The translations under genes and the position numbers were made by a program. Below are positions 45,945 to 55,367 of a stretch of 64,000 nt of DNA, piece by piece. Location: assembly GCA_028278065.1 (NCBI GenBank), contig JANQFA010000079.1, forward strand, positions 252 through 64,251, in the 5' to 3' direction. The notes below the pieces were generated by a model. That model did not search any database. It had not been told where the DNA came from and saw nothing but the letters and a program-made list of their open reading frames with translations. Position 1 is the stretch's first letter, and every line of letters starts with the position of its first letter. This stretch comes from Myxococcota bacterium. Its GTDB lineage: Bacteria > Myxococcota_A > UBA9160 > JAFDET01.

Positions 45945-47120
45945 CTAGCGCGCGGCGTTCGAGCTTCCCGCGCCGGCGCGCCCCTTCCAGGCGGCGCCCT
46001 CGGCGCGGGCGTGACGCCGGGCGGAGTCGAAGGTCATGGCGGCGTAGAGCGCGCCCGCCAGCGGCAGCGCGAAGCCCATCCACGCCGGACGACCGTAGAG
46101 CGACAGGGTCGGGACGAACGAGATCGCCATCGCGATCCAGGCCGCGGCGCCCAGGGATGCGGCGACGGGAGACACACCGAAGAGCCCCCCCAGCACGAGC
46201 GCGGGCGGTGCCAGGTAGAGAAGCGCCAGCCCGACCAGGGTCCCCGCGACCAGGAGGTTCGAGTGGCGCAGCTGGGTGAACGCGCTGCGCGCCACCATGT
46301 GCCAGACGCCGGCGAGCCCGCCGTAGGCGCGGATCGAGCGCTCGCTGTCGCTCAGGCCCAGCCAGATGGGACCGCCGCGCTTGATCGCCCTGCCCAGCGC
46401 GCAGTCGTCGATGATCTCGCCGCGCAGCGGCTCGATGCCGCCGATCCGCTGGAGGGCGGTGCTCCGCACCAGCATGCAGCCCCCGGCCGCGCCCGCCGTT
46501 CGCGCCCGGGGCCGGTTCACGCGGGGGAACGGATAGAGCTTCTGGAAGAAGTAGACGAAGGCGGGAACGACGAGCTTCTCCCAGGCCGTTTCGGCATGCA
46601 GGAGGACCATCAGCGACACGAGGTCCAGGTCCTCCCGCTCGGCCTTGGCGACGAGACGACGCAGGTTGCCCGGGCTGTGCTCCACGTCGGCGTCGGTGAG
46701 CAGGAGGTAGTCCGCGTGGGGCGCCTCCTTGCCTGCGCGCAGCACGCCCGTGTGCACCGCCCACATCTTGCCGACCCAGCCCTCCGGGCGCGGTCCCGTT
46801 CGCTCCACGACCAGGCGCTCACCGCGCAGGTGACCACGGGCCAGGGCTGCGGCGACCTCGCCGGTACCGTCGTCGCTCTCGTCGTCGGCGAGCACGATGC
46901 GCAGCGAGCCCGGGTAGTCCTGTCCCAGCAGGGATCCGAGGGTGCGCTCGATCACGTCGGCCTCGTTGCGCGCGGGAACCACCGCGACCACCGCGGGCCA
47001 GGCGGCCGGCGCGGGCGGATCGCCGAGTCGCACCTCGCCCGTCCAGAAGCGCCCATGGGCGAAGGTCAGGTAGATCCAGGCCAGCAGCGAGCCCAGTCCC
47101 AGTGCGAGATCGAAGGGCAT
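45945..47120 (-). CDS. membrane-bound family 2 glycosyltransferase (HpnB-like by recollection)
   Basis: ATG at 47120 inside track ORF 45945..47261. Sequence VVPARNEADVI, VLADDESDDGT, GWVGKMWA, LLTDADVEH, with N- and C-terminal TM helices. Confidence 0.8.
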   Translation of the reverse strand: MPFDLALGLGSLLAWIYLTFAHGRFWTGEVRLGDPPAPAAWPAVVAVVPARNEADVIERTLGSLLGQDYPGSLRIVLADDESDDGTGEVAAALARGHLRGERLVVERTGPRPEGWVGKMWAVHTGVLRAGKEAPHADYLLLTDADVEHSPGNLRRLVAKAEREDLDLVSLMVLLHAETAWEKLVVPAFVYFFQKLYPFPRVNRPRARTAGAAGGCMLVRSTALQRIGGIEPLRGEIIDDCALGRAIKRGGPIWLGLSDSERSIRAYGGLAGVWHMVARSAFTQLRHSNLLVAGTLVGLALLYLAPPALVLGGLFGVSPVAASLGAAAWIAMAISFVPTLSLYGRPAWMGFALPLAGALYAAMTFDSARRHARAEGAAWKGRAGAGSSNAAR

Positions 47121-47175
47121 GGCCCGGCACTCTAGCGCCCTTCGCCCGGCGGGCGGGCGCCCGGCGCCGCGCGGC

Positions 47176-48459
47176 TCAGGACGGCGAGACGCCCTCGACC
47201 ACCGCGCGCCGGATCGCCTTGCGGAAGACCAGGAGGGGAGCCAGCAGGGTCGTCGCGGCACCGACGGCGGCGACGGCGCCGCCCGGCCCCAGGATCGGCG
47301 TGAGCATGGCCGAGAGGCCGGCGGCGATCGGGAACGATCCCACCATGGTGAGGATCATGATGCCCATCACCCGTCCCATCATGATGGGCGGGGTCCGCGC
47401 CTGCACCAGACTGCGCTGGGTGGTCATGGCGGCCCCGCCGAAGAGGCCCCAGATCGCCATCAAACCCAGCGTGATCCCGTAGGACACGGATGCGCCGACC
47501 AGCACGGCGCCCGGTCCCAGGCCGACACCGAGCGCGATGGCGAAGATCAAGCCGGGTCGCGCCAGCTCGCGGCGCGATGCGATGTAGAGCGAGGAGAGGA
47601 GCGTCCCCGGAGCGAAGGCGCCGATCAGGACCGACGCCTCCAGAGCGCTCTTGTCCATCACCTCCTTGGCGATCACCGGGAGGTTGATCTGCATCACACC
47701 CCAGGTGACCCCGACGATCGACCCGGCCGCCATCAGGCTGCGCAGCGGCTCGGTGCGCCAGACGAAGGCGAGGCCCTCGCGCGCCTCGTGCAACATGCCG
47801 CGTCGCTCGGCGCCACCGTCGCGCACGTCGGGGATGTGCACGCGGCGCATGGCGAGAGCCGAGACGACGCACAGCCCGGCCAGCACGCCGAACGCCGGGG
47901 CCACCCCCAGCGTCCGGATCGCCACCCCGTTGACCAGCGCCCCGGCGAAGAACGCGATCTGCATGCTGAACGTCTGCAGGCCGACCGCCGTGGTGAGTCG
48001 CGACGGGGCGACCATGCTGGGAACGACGGCCTGCTGGGCGGGTGTCATGCTCGCGTGCGCCGCCGAGACCCCCGCCGCCAGCAGGGCGGCGCTCCACAGG
48101 GTCATGCGGCCACTCGCGACACCGAGAGCGGTGAGGGCGAGCACGCTCCCCATCGCGAGCGTCCCCGCCACGATCAGTCTGCGGCGATCGACGCGATCCG
48201 ACCAGGCGCCGGCGGGGAGCGAGAGGACGAGCGCTGGAAGCCCGGCCGCCAGCGACACCAGGCCGGCCGCGCGCGGCCAGTCGGAGAGCTCGAGGGCCAG
48301 CCACACGAAGGCGAAGCGCAGGCTCCCGCCCACCAGCTGTGCGATGAACTGCGCGCTCCAGAACGCGCGAAAGGACTCGTCGGCCAGGACCTCGCGGATC
48401 GGACTGCGTCGGCTCGCGCCCTGCGGCGCCTCCGCTCGCTGCGCCGCGGGCTCGGCCAC
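47176..48459 (-). CDS. MFS transporter
   Basis: C-terminal 427 aa of track ORF 47176..49170. GTG at 48459, 5 nt after the upstream stop. About 12 TM helices, with the LPAGAWSDRVDRRR motif in loop 2-3. Confidence 0.8.
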   Translation of the reverse strand: MAEPAAQRAEAPQGASRRSPIREVLADESFRAFWSAQFIAQLVGGSLRFAFVWLALELSDWPRAAGLVSLAAGLPALVLSLPAGAWSDRVDRRRLIVAGTLAMGSVLALTALGVASGRMTLWSAALLAAGVSAAHASMTPAQQAVVPSMVAPSRLTTAVGLQTFSMQIAFFAGALVNGVAIRTLGVAPAFGVLAGLCVVSALAMRRVHIPDVRDGGAERRGMLHEAREGLAFVWRTEPLRSLMAAGSIVGVTWGVMQINLPVIAKEVMDKSALEASVLIGAFAPGTLLSSLYIASRRELARPGLIFAIALGVGLGPGAVLVGASVSYGITLGLMAIWGLFGGAAMTTQRSLVQARTPPIMMGRVMGIMILTMVGSFPIAAGLSAMLTPILGPGGAVAAVGAATTLLAPLLVFRKAIRRAVVEGVSPS

Positions 48460-48464
48460 GCCCC

Positions 48465-49268
48465 CTACTTGCCCTTGAAGACCGGCGGGCGCTTCTCGAG
48501 GAAGGCGCGCGGCCCCTCGGCCGCGTCCTCGGACATCATCACGGCCATGCCGTGCTTCTGCTCGATGGCGAAGGCTTCCTCCTCGGCGAGGGTCTCCGTC
48601 TCGCGGAGGGTCGCGAGGATCCCCTTCACCGCGAGCGGGCCGTTGGCCGCGATGCGCGCGGCGATCTCGCGCGCCTTGGCGAGCGCCTGCCCGTCGGGCA
48701 CGACGTGGTTCACCAGCCCCAGGGCCCAGGCCCGCGAGGCCGGGAGATCCTCGCCCGCCAGGAGCATCTCGGCGGCGACGGCGTAGCCGATCTGGCGGCG
48801 CAGCCGCACCGCGGATCCCGCCATCGGAAAGAGGCCCCGCTGCACTTCCGTGACACCGAACATGGCGCTCTCCCCTGCGACCCGGATGTCGGTGCCCTGC
48901 AGGATCTCGGTGCCTCCTGCGCGGGCGAAGCCCTCCGCGGCGAGGATCACCGGCTTGGTGGGGCGATAGGTCTTGAGCCAGGCGCCGAAGATCACGTGCG
49001 GCTCCTTCTGGACGCGCTCGATCCACTCGTTGTCCGCCTGCCCCGAGCGGAGCTTGCCGATCTCGGCCAGGTCCATTCCGGCGCAGAAGGTATCTCCGGT
49101 CCCGGTGAGGATCGCCACGCGCAGGTCTTCGTCCTCGTCGAGCCGCACCCAGGCGTCGTAGAGGCGACACATCACCTCGCAGTTCACGGCGTTCTTCTTC
49201 TGCGGGCGGTTCAGCGTGACGACCAGGACGTGCTCGTCCTGCTCGACCAGCACCAGGGGCTCGGACAT
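48465..49268 (-). CDS. enoyl-CoA hydratase/isomerase (crotonase) family protein
   Basis: ATG at 49268 (GAGGAG upstream) inside track ORF 48465..49397. Sequence VVTLNRPQKKNA, FCAGMDL. Confidence 0.9.
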   Translation of the reverse strand: MSEPLVLVEQDEHVLVVTLNRPQKKNAVNCEVMCRLYDAWVRLDEDEDLRVAILTGTGDTFCAGMDLAEIGKLRSGQADNEWIERVQKEPHVIFGAWLKTYRPTKPVILAAEGFARAGGTEILQGTDIRVAGESAMFGVTEVQRGLFPMAGSAVRLRRQIGYAVAAEMLLAGEDLPASRAWALGLVNHVVPDGQALAKAREIAARIAANGPLAVKGILATLRETETLAEEEAFAIEQKHGMAVMMSEDAAEGPRAFLEKRPPVFKGK

Positions 49269-49427
49269 GGGGATCTCCTCGAGGCGACCGACGGGAACGG
49301 GGTCGGCAAGGATTAGAACACGTTTCAGCCTGTCACAAGCGCCGCACGGGGCTTCCCCGCCGCGGCTCTCAATCCGCCGCGGGCAGCGAGAGGCCATAGA
49401 GCTCCGCCGCGTTACGGGAATGGGATG

Positions 49428-50174
49428 CTAGCTCGACCCGTTCGCTGGACCGCCCGGGAACTCGCGACGCGCGCGCTCGTACTCCTCGGGCGTTCCGACG
49501 TCGATCCAGCGCCCGGCGAGCGGAACCCCGCGCACCGGTCGACGCGCCACCCACCACGCCGCCAGGTGACCGAGGTTGTCGGGATGCCCTCCATCTCCGA
49601 GGAACTGGTGCACCTCCGGGAGTGCCTCCCGGGGCAGCCCGTACAGGGCCGGCGCCGCCAGGTGGGTGCTCGGCGACGGGTCCTTCTCGACGAGACGTAC
49701 GACGCGTGACGAGGCATCGAGCTCGACGCTCGCGAGCTGCCGGACCCGCTCGGCGCTGGCCACGTCGTGCACCGCCACGGCCAGCTCCTCGTGCGCAGCG
49801 CGGGCGAGCGGCGCCAGGCTGCCGTCGAAGACCATGTCGGCCCCGCAGACGAGGAGGGGGCACTCGGGGCGCGCATGTCGCAGCCAGGCGGCCAGGTCCG
49901 CGACCGCGCCGCGCCGGGCATCGGCCCGCACCACGCCGTTGCTCCAGAGCCGGAGCGAGCCTGCAGCCAGGCGGGCGGATGCATGGCTCTCGAAGGCGGG
50001 ACGGTGGTGCTCGTTCACGACCACGTCGATGGCATCCAGCGACAGGGCGTCGAGCGCGGCCAGCACGAAGTCGAGGGGCGTGCCCTCCCCCACCGGGAGG
50101 AGGGGCTTCGCTGTCTCCTCGGTGTGGGAGCCCAGCCGCACCCCCCAGCCGGCGGCGAGGACGACCGCACGCAT
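49428..50174 (-). CDS. sugar-phosphate nucleotidyltransferase family protein
   Basis: ATG at 50174 inside track ORF 49428..50306. Sequence MRAVVLAAGWGVRLG...KPLLPV. Confidence 0.75.
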   Translation of the reverse strand: MRAVVLAAGWGVRLGSHTEETAKPLLPVGEGTPLDFVLAALDALSLDAIDVVVNEHHRPAFESHASARLAAGSLRLWSNGVVRADARRGAVADLAAWLRHARPECPLLVCGADMVFDGSLAPLARAAHEELAVAVHDVASAERVRQLASVELDASSRVVRLVEKDPSPSTHLAAPALYGLPREALPEVHQFLGDGGHPDNLGHLAAWWVARRPVRGVPLAGRWIDVGTPEEYERARREFPGGPANGSS

Positions 50175-50206
50175 CCCGGCCCGGCGGTCCGCTGCCGGAG
50201 CTTCGC

Positions 50207-52876
50207 TCAACCCGCGTGCCGCGATGCGGAGAGCGCGGCCTCGACGGTCGCGACCAGCGCTTCGGGCTCGAAGGGCTTGCGCAGGAAGGCCGCGCGGGCC
50301 GTACACGAGGCCCGCTGGTCCAGGCTGGCTTCGCTGAAGCCGCTCGTCAGCACGACCGGCAGGTCCGGGCGCAGCCGCTTGAGCTCGGCCAGCGTCTCGG
50401 CGCCGTCCATCCCCTGCATGCTCAGGTCCACGAGCGCCACGTCGAAGCCGCGGGGATCGGCCTCGACGCGCGCGACGGCGTCGCGTCCGCTGCAGCAGGT
50501 CGTGACCGAGAAGCCGGAGCGCTCCAGGAAGGCCGCGGCCACCTCGCGCGCGCCTTCGTCGTCGTCCGCCACGAGGACCGCTGCGGCCGGCACCTCCGCC
50601 GCCTGCGTGGGTGACTGCGGTGAGGGAGCCGGGCCCTCGCTCGCCGCCGGAGCCACCGGCAGGAGGACCCGGAAGACCGTGCCCTCCCCCGGCCGGCTCC
50701 GCACCGTGATCCCGCCGCCGTGCGAGCGTACGATGCCATGCACGACGGCCAGGCCGAGCCCGCGACCGGCGGCGCGCGTCGTGTAGAACGGATCGAAGAT
50801 GCGCGAGCGCGTCTCGTCGTCCATTCCGGCGCCGGCGTCGGCGACCTCGAGCACGACGTACTCGGCATGAGCGTGCTCGGGCTGCACCGCCAGGTCGGCC
50901 GCCGGGACTTCCGTGGCGCGCAGGCTGCGCGTGGAGACCCGCACCGGCGTCGTCGCCTCCCCGCTCGCCTCACAGGCGTTTCCGACCAGGTTCATCACCA
51001 CCTGCCGCACCTGCGTCCCATCTCCCAGGACCGCTGGCAGATCCCGCCGCAGGTCGAAGCTCACGGGGTGCCGTCCGGCGCCGGCGGCCTCCACCAGATC
51101 GCGCATGTCGTCGATCACCCGCGAGAGGTCGAGGCTCTCGAGCTTGGGAGTGGCGCGCCCCGCGTAGGTGAGCATCTGGTCCACGAGCTGAGCGGCGTAG
51201 CTCCCCGCGCTGCGTATACGCTCGACCCGCCGCGCGACCTCGGCGCGATCGCGGACGGCTTCGAGCACCAGGGCGCTGTTGCCGAGAACGACCGAGAGGA
51301 GGTTGTTGAAGTCGTGCGCGATGCCTCCGGTCAGGACACCCAGGCTCTCCAGGCGCTGGGATTCCTGGACGCGCTGCTCGAGGCGGCGCCGCTCGGTGAC
51401 GTCCCGCGCCGATCCGATCACCCGGATGCAGCCGTCCTCGGTCTGGTCGATCACCGCGGCGTGGAGCTCCACGAAGTGCGTCTCACCATCCCGGTGACGG
51501 ATGCGGATCGTGGCATCGAGGGGCGGACCCTCGCCCCGGGCCAGCGGTCGCAGCAGCTCCGTGATGCGTACGAGGTCGTCCCGGTCGGTGAGCGCATCCC
51601 AGCCCATCGCCTCGAGCTCTTCGCGGGAGTAGCCGGTCATCTCCCAGGTGGCGTCGGTCAGCCACTCCGGCACCACGCGGCCGTCCGCCTGGCGGCGGAA
51701 CGCGAAGCTCGCGTCCGTCGAGAGCTGGGAGACCGCCCGCCAGCGGGCCTCGCTCTGGGCCAGCTCGGCCGTGCGCTCCGCGACCCGCGCCTCGAGGGCC
51801 TCCTGGTCGCGCTTCAGGGCGGCGTTGGCGCGCTCGAGATCGGTGACGTCGGTGAGACGCACCGCAACGGCGGCCACCCGGTTGCGGCGGTCGGGAACCG
51901 CCACCGCGCGGAGGCGGAGCCAGGTCTCGCTCCCCGAGAGCCGGACGAGGGCGGGGGCCGCCAGAGTCCGGAGCTGCTCGTCCACCAGGGTCGCGCTCTG
52001 GATGGGGCCTCCTTCGGGCGTGCGCAAGCTGCCGTCGAGGATCTCGAAGAGGCGCCGGGCGGGCCGATCGTCCGGCGCCAGCGCGAGGAGCGCACAGGCG
52101 CTCGGGTTGGCCCCCAGCAGCCGGCCCTGGGGACTGGCGAGGAGCAGCGCGTGGGGGTCGTGGGCGATGATCTCGTGGGCGGCCACGGGCTGCAGCTCGA
52201 ACAGCCGCGTGCGAATCACCCCGTAGAGGAAGGTCAGGATCGTGGCGGTGAGGCCCACGACGGTGAGGTCGATACCGGGCCGCGGCGCGTAGACCGCGGC
52301 GAAGTTCGTCACCACCGCGAACCCGATCCCTACCGCCATGATCAGGGCATTGCGCCGCACCCTCGGATCCTCGGTACGCACGGCGAGAGCGCCGAACACG
52401 ACCACCGATGCGAAGGCCAGTGCCCAGCCGAGGCTGACGCAGGGCAGCCAGAGCGCCCCCTTGTCGTTGTTCGCTCCGATGACCGGCGTGAGGAAGAGGC
52501 CGTGCCACGGATTCGTCATCGCGAAGAGCCAGACGACGAAGACCAGGGCGGCGGGAAGGCGGACCGCCGGCTTCCCGGCCCAGCGGAAGGGCTCCGCCTG
52601 GGCGTCGGCGTAGCGCAACGTGAGCCACCAGCAGGAGAGCGCCGCCCAGAAGCTCCCGGTGTAGAAGAGGGCGATGCCGATCTCCTCGACCAGCATGGTC
52701 GTGGACAGGAGGGTCACGGCGTCGCCGATGACGTAGAGGAGCACGAAGGCGAGAAACGCCTTGAGCGGGCGGTCCAGACGGGTGCGTCTGCGAAGCCGCA
52801 GGACGGCGATCGCCAGGAGACCCGCGATGAGTCCCACGGCGACGGCATTGATCAGAACCGGGTGAAGGGGGGTCAC
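50207..52876 (-). CDS. hybrid sensor histidine kinase/response regulator (N-terminal multi-TM sensor, PAS domains, HisKA, HATPase_c, REC)
   Basis: C-terminal 889 aa of the 1526-aa track ORF. GTG at 52876 (GGAGG 7 nt upstream). H-box GGIAHDFNNLL, G-box EGTVFRVLLP, C-terminal REC VLVADDDEG...DLSMQGMDG...KP. Confidence 0.9.
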   Translation of the reverse strand: MTPLHPVLINAVAVGLIAGLLAIAVLRLRRRTRLDRPLKAFLAFVLLYVIGDAVTLLSTTMLVEEIGIALFYTGSFWAALSCWWLTLRYADAQAEPFRWAGKPAVRLPAALVFVVWLFAMTNPWHGLFLTPVIGANNDKGALWLPCVSLGWALAFASVVVFGALAVRTEDPRVRRNALIMAVGIGFAVVTNFAAVYAPRPGIDLTVVGLTATILTFLYGVIRTRLFELQPVAAHEIIAHDPHALLLASPQGRLLGANPSACALLALAPDDRPARRLFEILDGSLRTPEGGPIQSATLVDEQLRTLAAPALVRLSGSETWLRLRAVAVPDRRNRVAAVAVRLTDVTDLERANAALKRDQEALEARVAERTAELAQSEARWRAVSQLSTDASFAFRRQADGRVVPEWLTDATWEMTGYSREELEAMGWDALTDRDDLVRITELLRPLARGEGPPLDATIRIRHRDGETHFVELHAAVIDQTEDGCIRVIGSARDVTERRRLEQRVQESQRLESLGVLTGGIAHDFNNLLSVVLGNSALVLEAVRDRAEVARRVERIRSAGSYAAQLVDQMLTYAGRATPKLESLDLSRVIDDMRDLVEAAGAGRHPVSFDLRRDLPAVLGDGTQVRQVVMNLVGNACEASGEATTPVRVSTRSLRATEVPAADLAVQPEHAHAEYVVLEVADAGAGMDDETRSRIFDPFYTTRAAGRGLGLAVVHGIVRSHGGGITVRSRPGEGTVFRVLLPVAPAASEGPAPSPQSPTQAAEVPAAAVLVADDDEGAREVAAAFLERSGFSVTTCCSGRDAVARVEADPRGFDVALVDLSMQGMDGAETLAELKRLRPDLPVVLTSGFSEASLDQRASCTARAAFLRKPFEPEALVATVEAALSASRHAG

Positions 52877-52926
52877 ACTCCGGCCTCCGTGCCGCCGCAG
52901 TGTATCCCAGGTGCGTACCTGCCCCG

Positions 52927-52987
52927 CACGGTATTTCGCCGCATTTTCGTATCCGCAAGATCCACTACGTGGCGAAATCCGTGGATC
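52927..52987. promoter_or_regulatory. nested dyad symmetries in the HK / TPR-lipoprotein divergent region
   Basis: CACGGTATTTCGCC (52927-52940) against GGCGAAATCCGTG (52971-52983). Inner pair GATCCAC (52959-52965) against GTGGATC (52981-52987). Locally AT-richer. Confidence 0.35.
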
Positions 52988-53014
52988 ACGTAGGATGGAG
53001 CGCGAGGAGGGGGA

Positions 53015-54655
53015 ATGAACCGCAACGCATCGACCCTGGTGATCGGCCTGGCCGTCGCCGCGCTCCTGGCCTGCGCGCGGGGTGGCGAGCCGCCGCCGCC
53101 CGCTCAGCGACTGTTCGACGGGCTCGGCGATCACCACCACGCGATCACCACCGCGTCGCCGCTCGCCCAGCGCTACTTCGATCAGGGCCTCATCCTGACC
53201 TACGGCTTCAATCACGATGCGGCGATTCGTTCGTTCGAGGAGGCCGCGCGAATCGATCCCGAGTGCGCGATGTGCTTCTGGGGAATCGCCTACGCGCTGG
53301 GTCCCAACATCAACGCTCCGATGGGTCCGGAGGCGGGCCGCAGGGCCTGGGCCGCCTTGCAGGAAGCGCGCCGCCTGGCTCCGGGCGTCAGCGCGAAGGA
53401 GCAGGCCTACATCGACGCGCTCACGCCGCGCTACGCGGCCGACGTCCCGGGCGAACGAACCGTCCTCGACCGCGCCTACGCCGACGCGATGGCGGAGCTG
53501 CACGCGGCCTGGCCGGACGATGTCGATGCCGCAGCACTGTACGCCGAGGCCCTGATGGACCTGCGACCGTGGCGGCTCTACGACCTGGAGGGCAACCCGG
53601 CGCCCGGGACCACCCGCATCGAGGAGGTCCTCGAATCGGTGATGGAGCGGGACCCGAAGCATCCCGGTGCCAACCACTACTACATCCACGCCGTCGAGGC
53701 CTCGCACACACCGGATCGCGCCCTCCCCGCCGCCGAACGGCTGGAGAACGTGGCCCCGGACGCCGGCCATCTCGTACACATGCCCTCGCACATCTACTGG
53801 CGCGTCGGGATGTACGACCGGGCCGCGGAGATCAACAAGCGCGCCGCCGCCGCCGACGAGGCCTTCTTCGCCTGGTGCGGCGCGCGCGGGATCTACGCCG
53901 CCGCCTACTATCCGCACAACGTGCACTTCCTGTGGGCCGCGGCGACAGAGGAGGGTCGCAGCGCCCTCGCCCTCTCCACGGCGCGCAAGCTCGCCGCCCA
54001 GATTCCGGACGAGATGGTCGCCACCCTCCCCTTCACCGAGCAGTTCCGGCCGATCCCGATCCAGACGCTGGCGCGCTTCGGCCAGTGGGATGCGGTGCTG
54101 GGCGAGCCCGCGCCGCCGGCGACCCATCGCTACTCGACCGGGGTCTGGCACTACGCGCGCGGCCTCGCGAAGCTGCGCACCGGGGATGCGGACGGGGCGC
54201 GCGAGGAGCTGACGGCCCTGCGCGCGATCGCGGAGTCGCCCGAGATCGCGGCCCAGGACCTGACCGGCGAGCCCGCATCGCGCTACCTGGCGCTCGCAGT
54301 CGCCCAGCTGGCCGGCGAGCTGGCGGCTGCCAGCGGCGACGTCGACGGCGCTGTCCGCGAGCTGGAGGCGGGCCTGGCGGTTCAGGACACGCTCGTCTAC
54401 ACGGAGCCCCCCCGCTGGCACATGTCGCTGCGACAGAATCTGGGTGCGATCCTGCTGGAGTTCGGTCGCGCCGAGGCGGCCGAGGCGGTCTTCCGCGAGG
54501 ACCTGCGGCGCTTCCCGAACACGGGCTGGTCCCTCTACGGACTCAGCGCCGCACTGGAGGCCCAGGGCGACCGGGCCGCGGCCGAGCTCGCCGGCCAGGG
54601 CTTCGACACCGCCTGGGCGCGGGCCGACGTCGAGCTGGCCTCGTCCCGTTTCTGA
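53015..54655 (+). CDS. TPR-repeat lipoprotein
   Basis: 546 aa. Lipobox LLAC. Conserved-looking HPGANHYYIHAVE and HMPSHIY blocks. Confidence 0.8.
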   Translation: MNRNASTLVIGLAVAALLACARGGEPPPPAQRLFDGLGDHHHAITTASPLAQRYFDQGLILTYGFNHDAAIRSFEEAARIDPECAMCFWGIAYALGPNINAPMGPEAGRRAWAALQEARRLAPGVSAKEQAYIDALTPRYAADVPGERTVLDRAYADAMAELHAAWPDDVDAAALYAEALMDLRPWRLYDLEGNPAPGTTRIEEVLESVMERDPKHPGANHYYIHAVEASHTPDRALPAAERLENVAPDAGHLVHMPSHIYWRVGMYDRAAEINKRAAAADEAFFAWCGARGIYAAAYYPHNVHFLWAAATEEGRSALALSTARKLAAQIPDEMVATLPFTEQFRPIPIQTLARFGQWDAVLGEPAPPATHRYSTGVWHYARGLAKLRTGDADGAREELTALRAIAESPEIAAQDLTGEPASRYLALAVAQLAGELAAASGDVDGAVRELEAGLAVQDTLVYTEPPRWHMSLRQNLGAILLEFGRAEAAEAVFREDLRRFPNTGWSLYGLSAALEAQGDRAAAELAGQGFDTAWARADVELASSRF

Positions 54656-54672
54656 TCGAAAGGAGTCGAAGA

Positions 54673-55356
54673 ATGGCCGAAGAGCTGGTGCGCTACGAGC
54701 TGCGTGAGGGAGTCGCCTGGATCCGCCTCGACGACGGGAAGGCGAACGCCCTCTCTCCGACCGCCCTCTCCGCCCTGGACGAGGCATTCGACCGGGCCGA
54801 GGGTGAGGCGGACGCCGCCGTGCTCGGAGGCCGACCCGGTCGCTTCTCCGCCGGCTTCGACCTGGCGGTGATGGGCGCTGGGCTGGACCCGATGCGCGCG
54901 CTGGTGCTGCAGGGTGCCGAGCTCTGCGCGCGCCTCCTCGAGTTCCCGCGCCCCGTCGTGGCCGCCTGTACGGGTCACGCCCTGGCAGCCGGAGCCCTCA
55001 CCCTGCTCTCCACGGACTACCGGGTGGGGGCGCGGGGCGCATTCAAGATCGGGCTCAACGAGACGGCGATCGGAATGACCCTCCCTCACTTCGCGATCGA
55101 CCTGGCGCGCGGGCGCCTCTCCAAGCGCCACTTCGCACGGGCCACCGCCCAGGCGGAGATCTACACGCCGGACACGGCCGTGGATGCGGGCTTCCTGGAC
55201 GACGTAGCGGACCCGGAGGATCTGGAGGAGGTGGCGCACGACGCGGCCCTGCGGCTGATGGCCGTGGACCGCCAGGCCTTCGCGGCCACCAAGGGTCGTG
55301 GCGATGGGGATCTGGCCAAGGCCGTCCGTTCCAGCGGCCAGGCCGAGTTCGGCTGA
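54673..55356 (+). CDS. crotonase/enoyl-CoA hydratase superfamily protein
   Basis: ATG at 54673 (AGGAG upstream) inside track ORF 52900..55356. Sequence DDGKANAL, FSAGFDL. Confidence 0.85.
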   Translation: MAEELVRYELREGVAWIRLDDGKANALSPTALSALDEAFDRAEGEADAAVLGGRPGRFSAGFDLAVMGAGLDPMRALVLQGAELCARLLEFPRPVVAACTGHALAAGALTLLSTDYRVGARGAFKIGLNETAIGMTLPHFAIDLARGRLSKRHFARATAQAEIYTPDTAVDAGFLDDVADPEDLEEVAHDAALRLMAVDRQAFAATKGRGDGDLAKAVRSSGQAEFG

Positions 55357-55367
55357 GGACGCCCTGC

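Noticed and set aside
45945-47120. Calling this gene hpnB and inferring a hopanoid cluster
   Set aside because: The similarity is from memory only. No squalene-hopene cyclase or other hpn genes are adjacent; the neighbours are an MFS transporter, a crotonase and a hypothetical protein. It is kept as a generic membrane GT2.
52877-54787. N-terminal 637 aa of the 1526-aa minus-strand ORF 50207..54787
   Set aside because: Upstream of the GTG at 52876 the translation is low-complexity. It is antisense to a well-supported plus-strand TPR lipoprotein gene (53015..54655). The kinase's first TM helix starts right after 52876, which has a good Shine-Dalgarno sequence.
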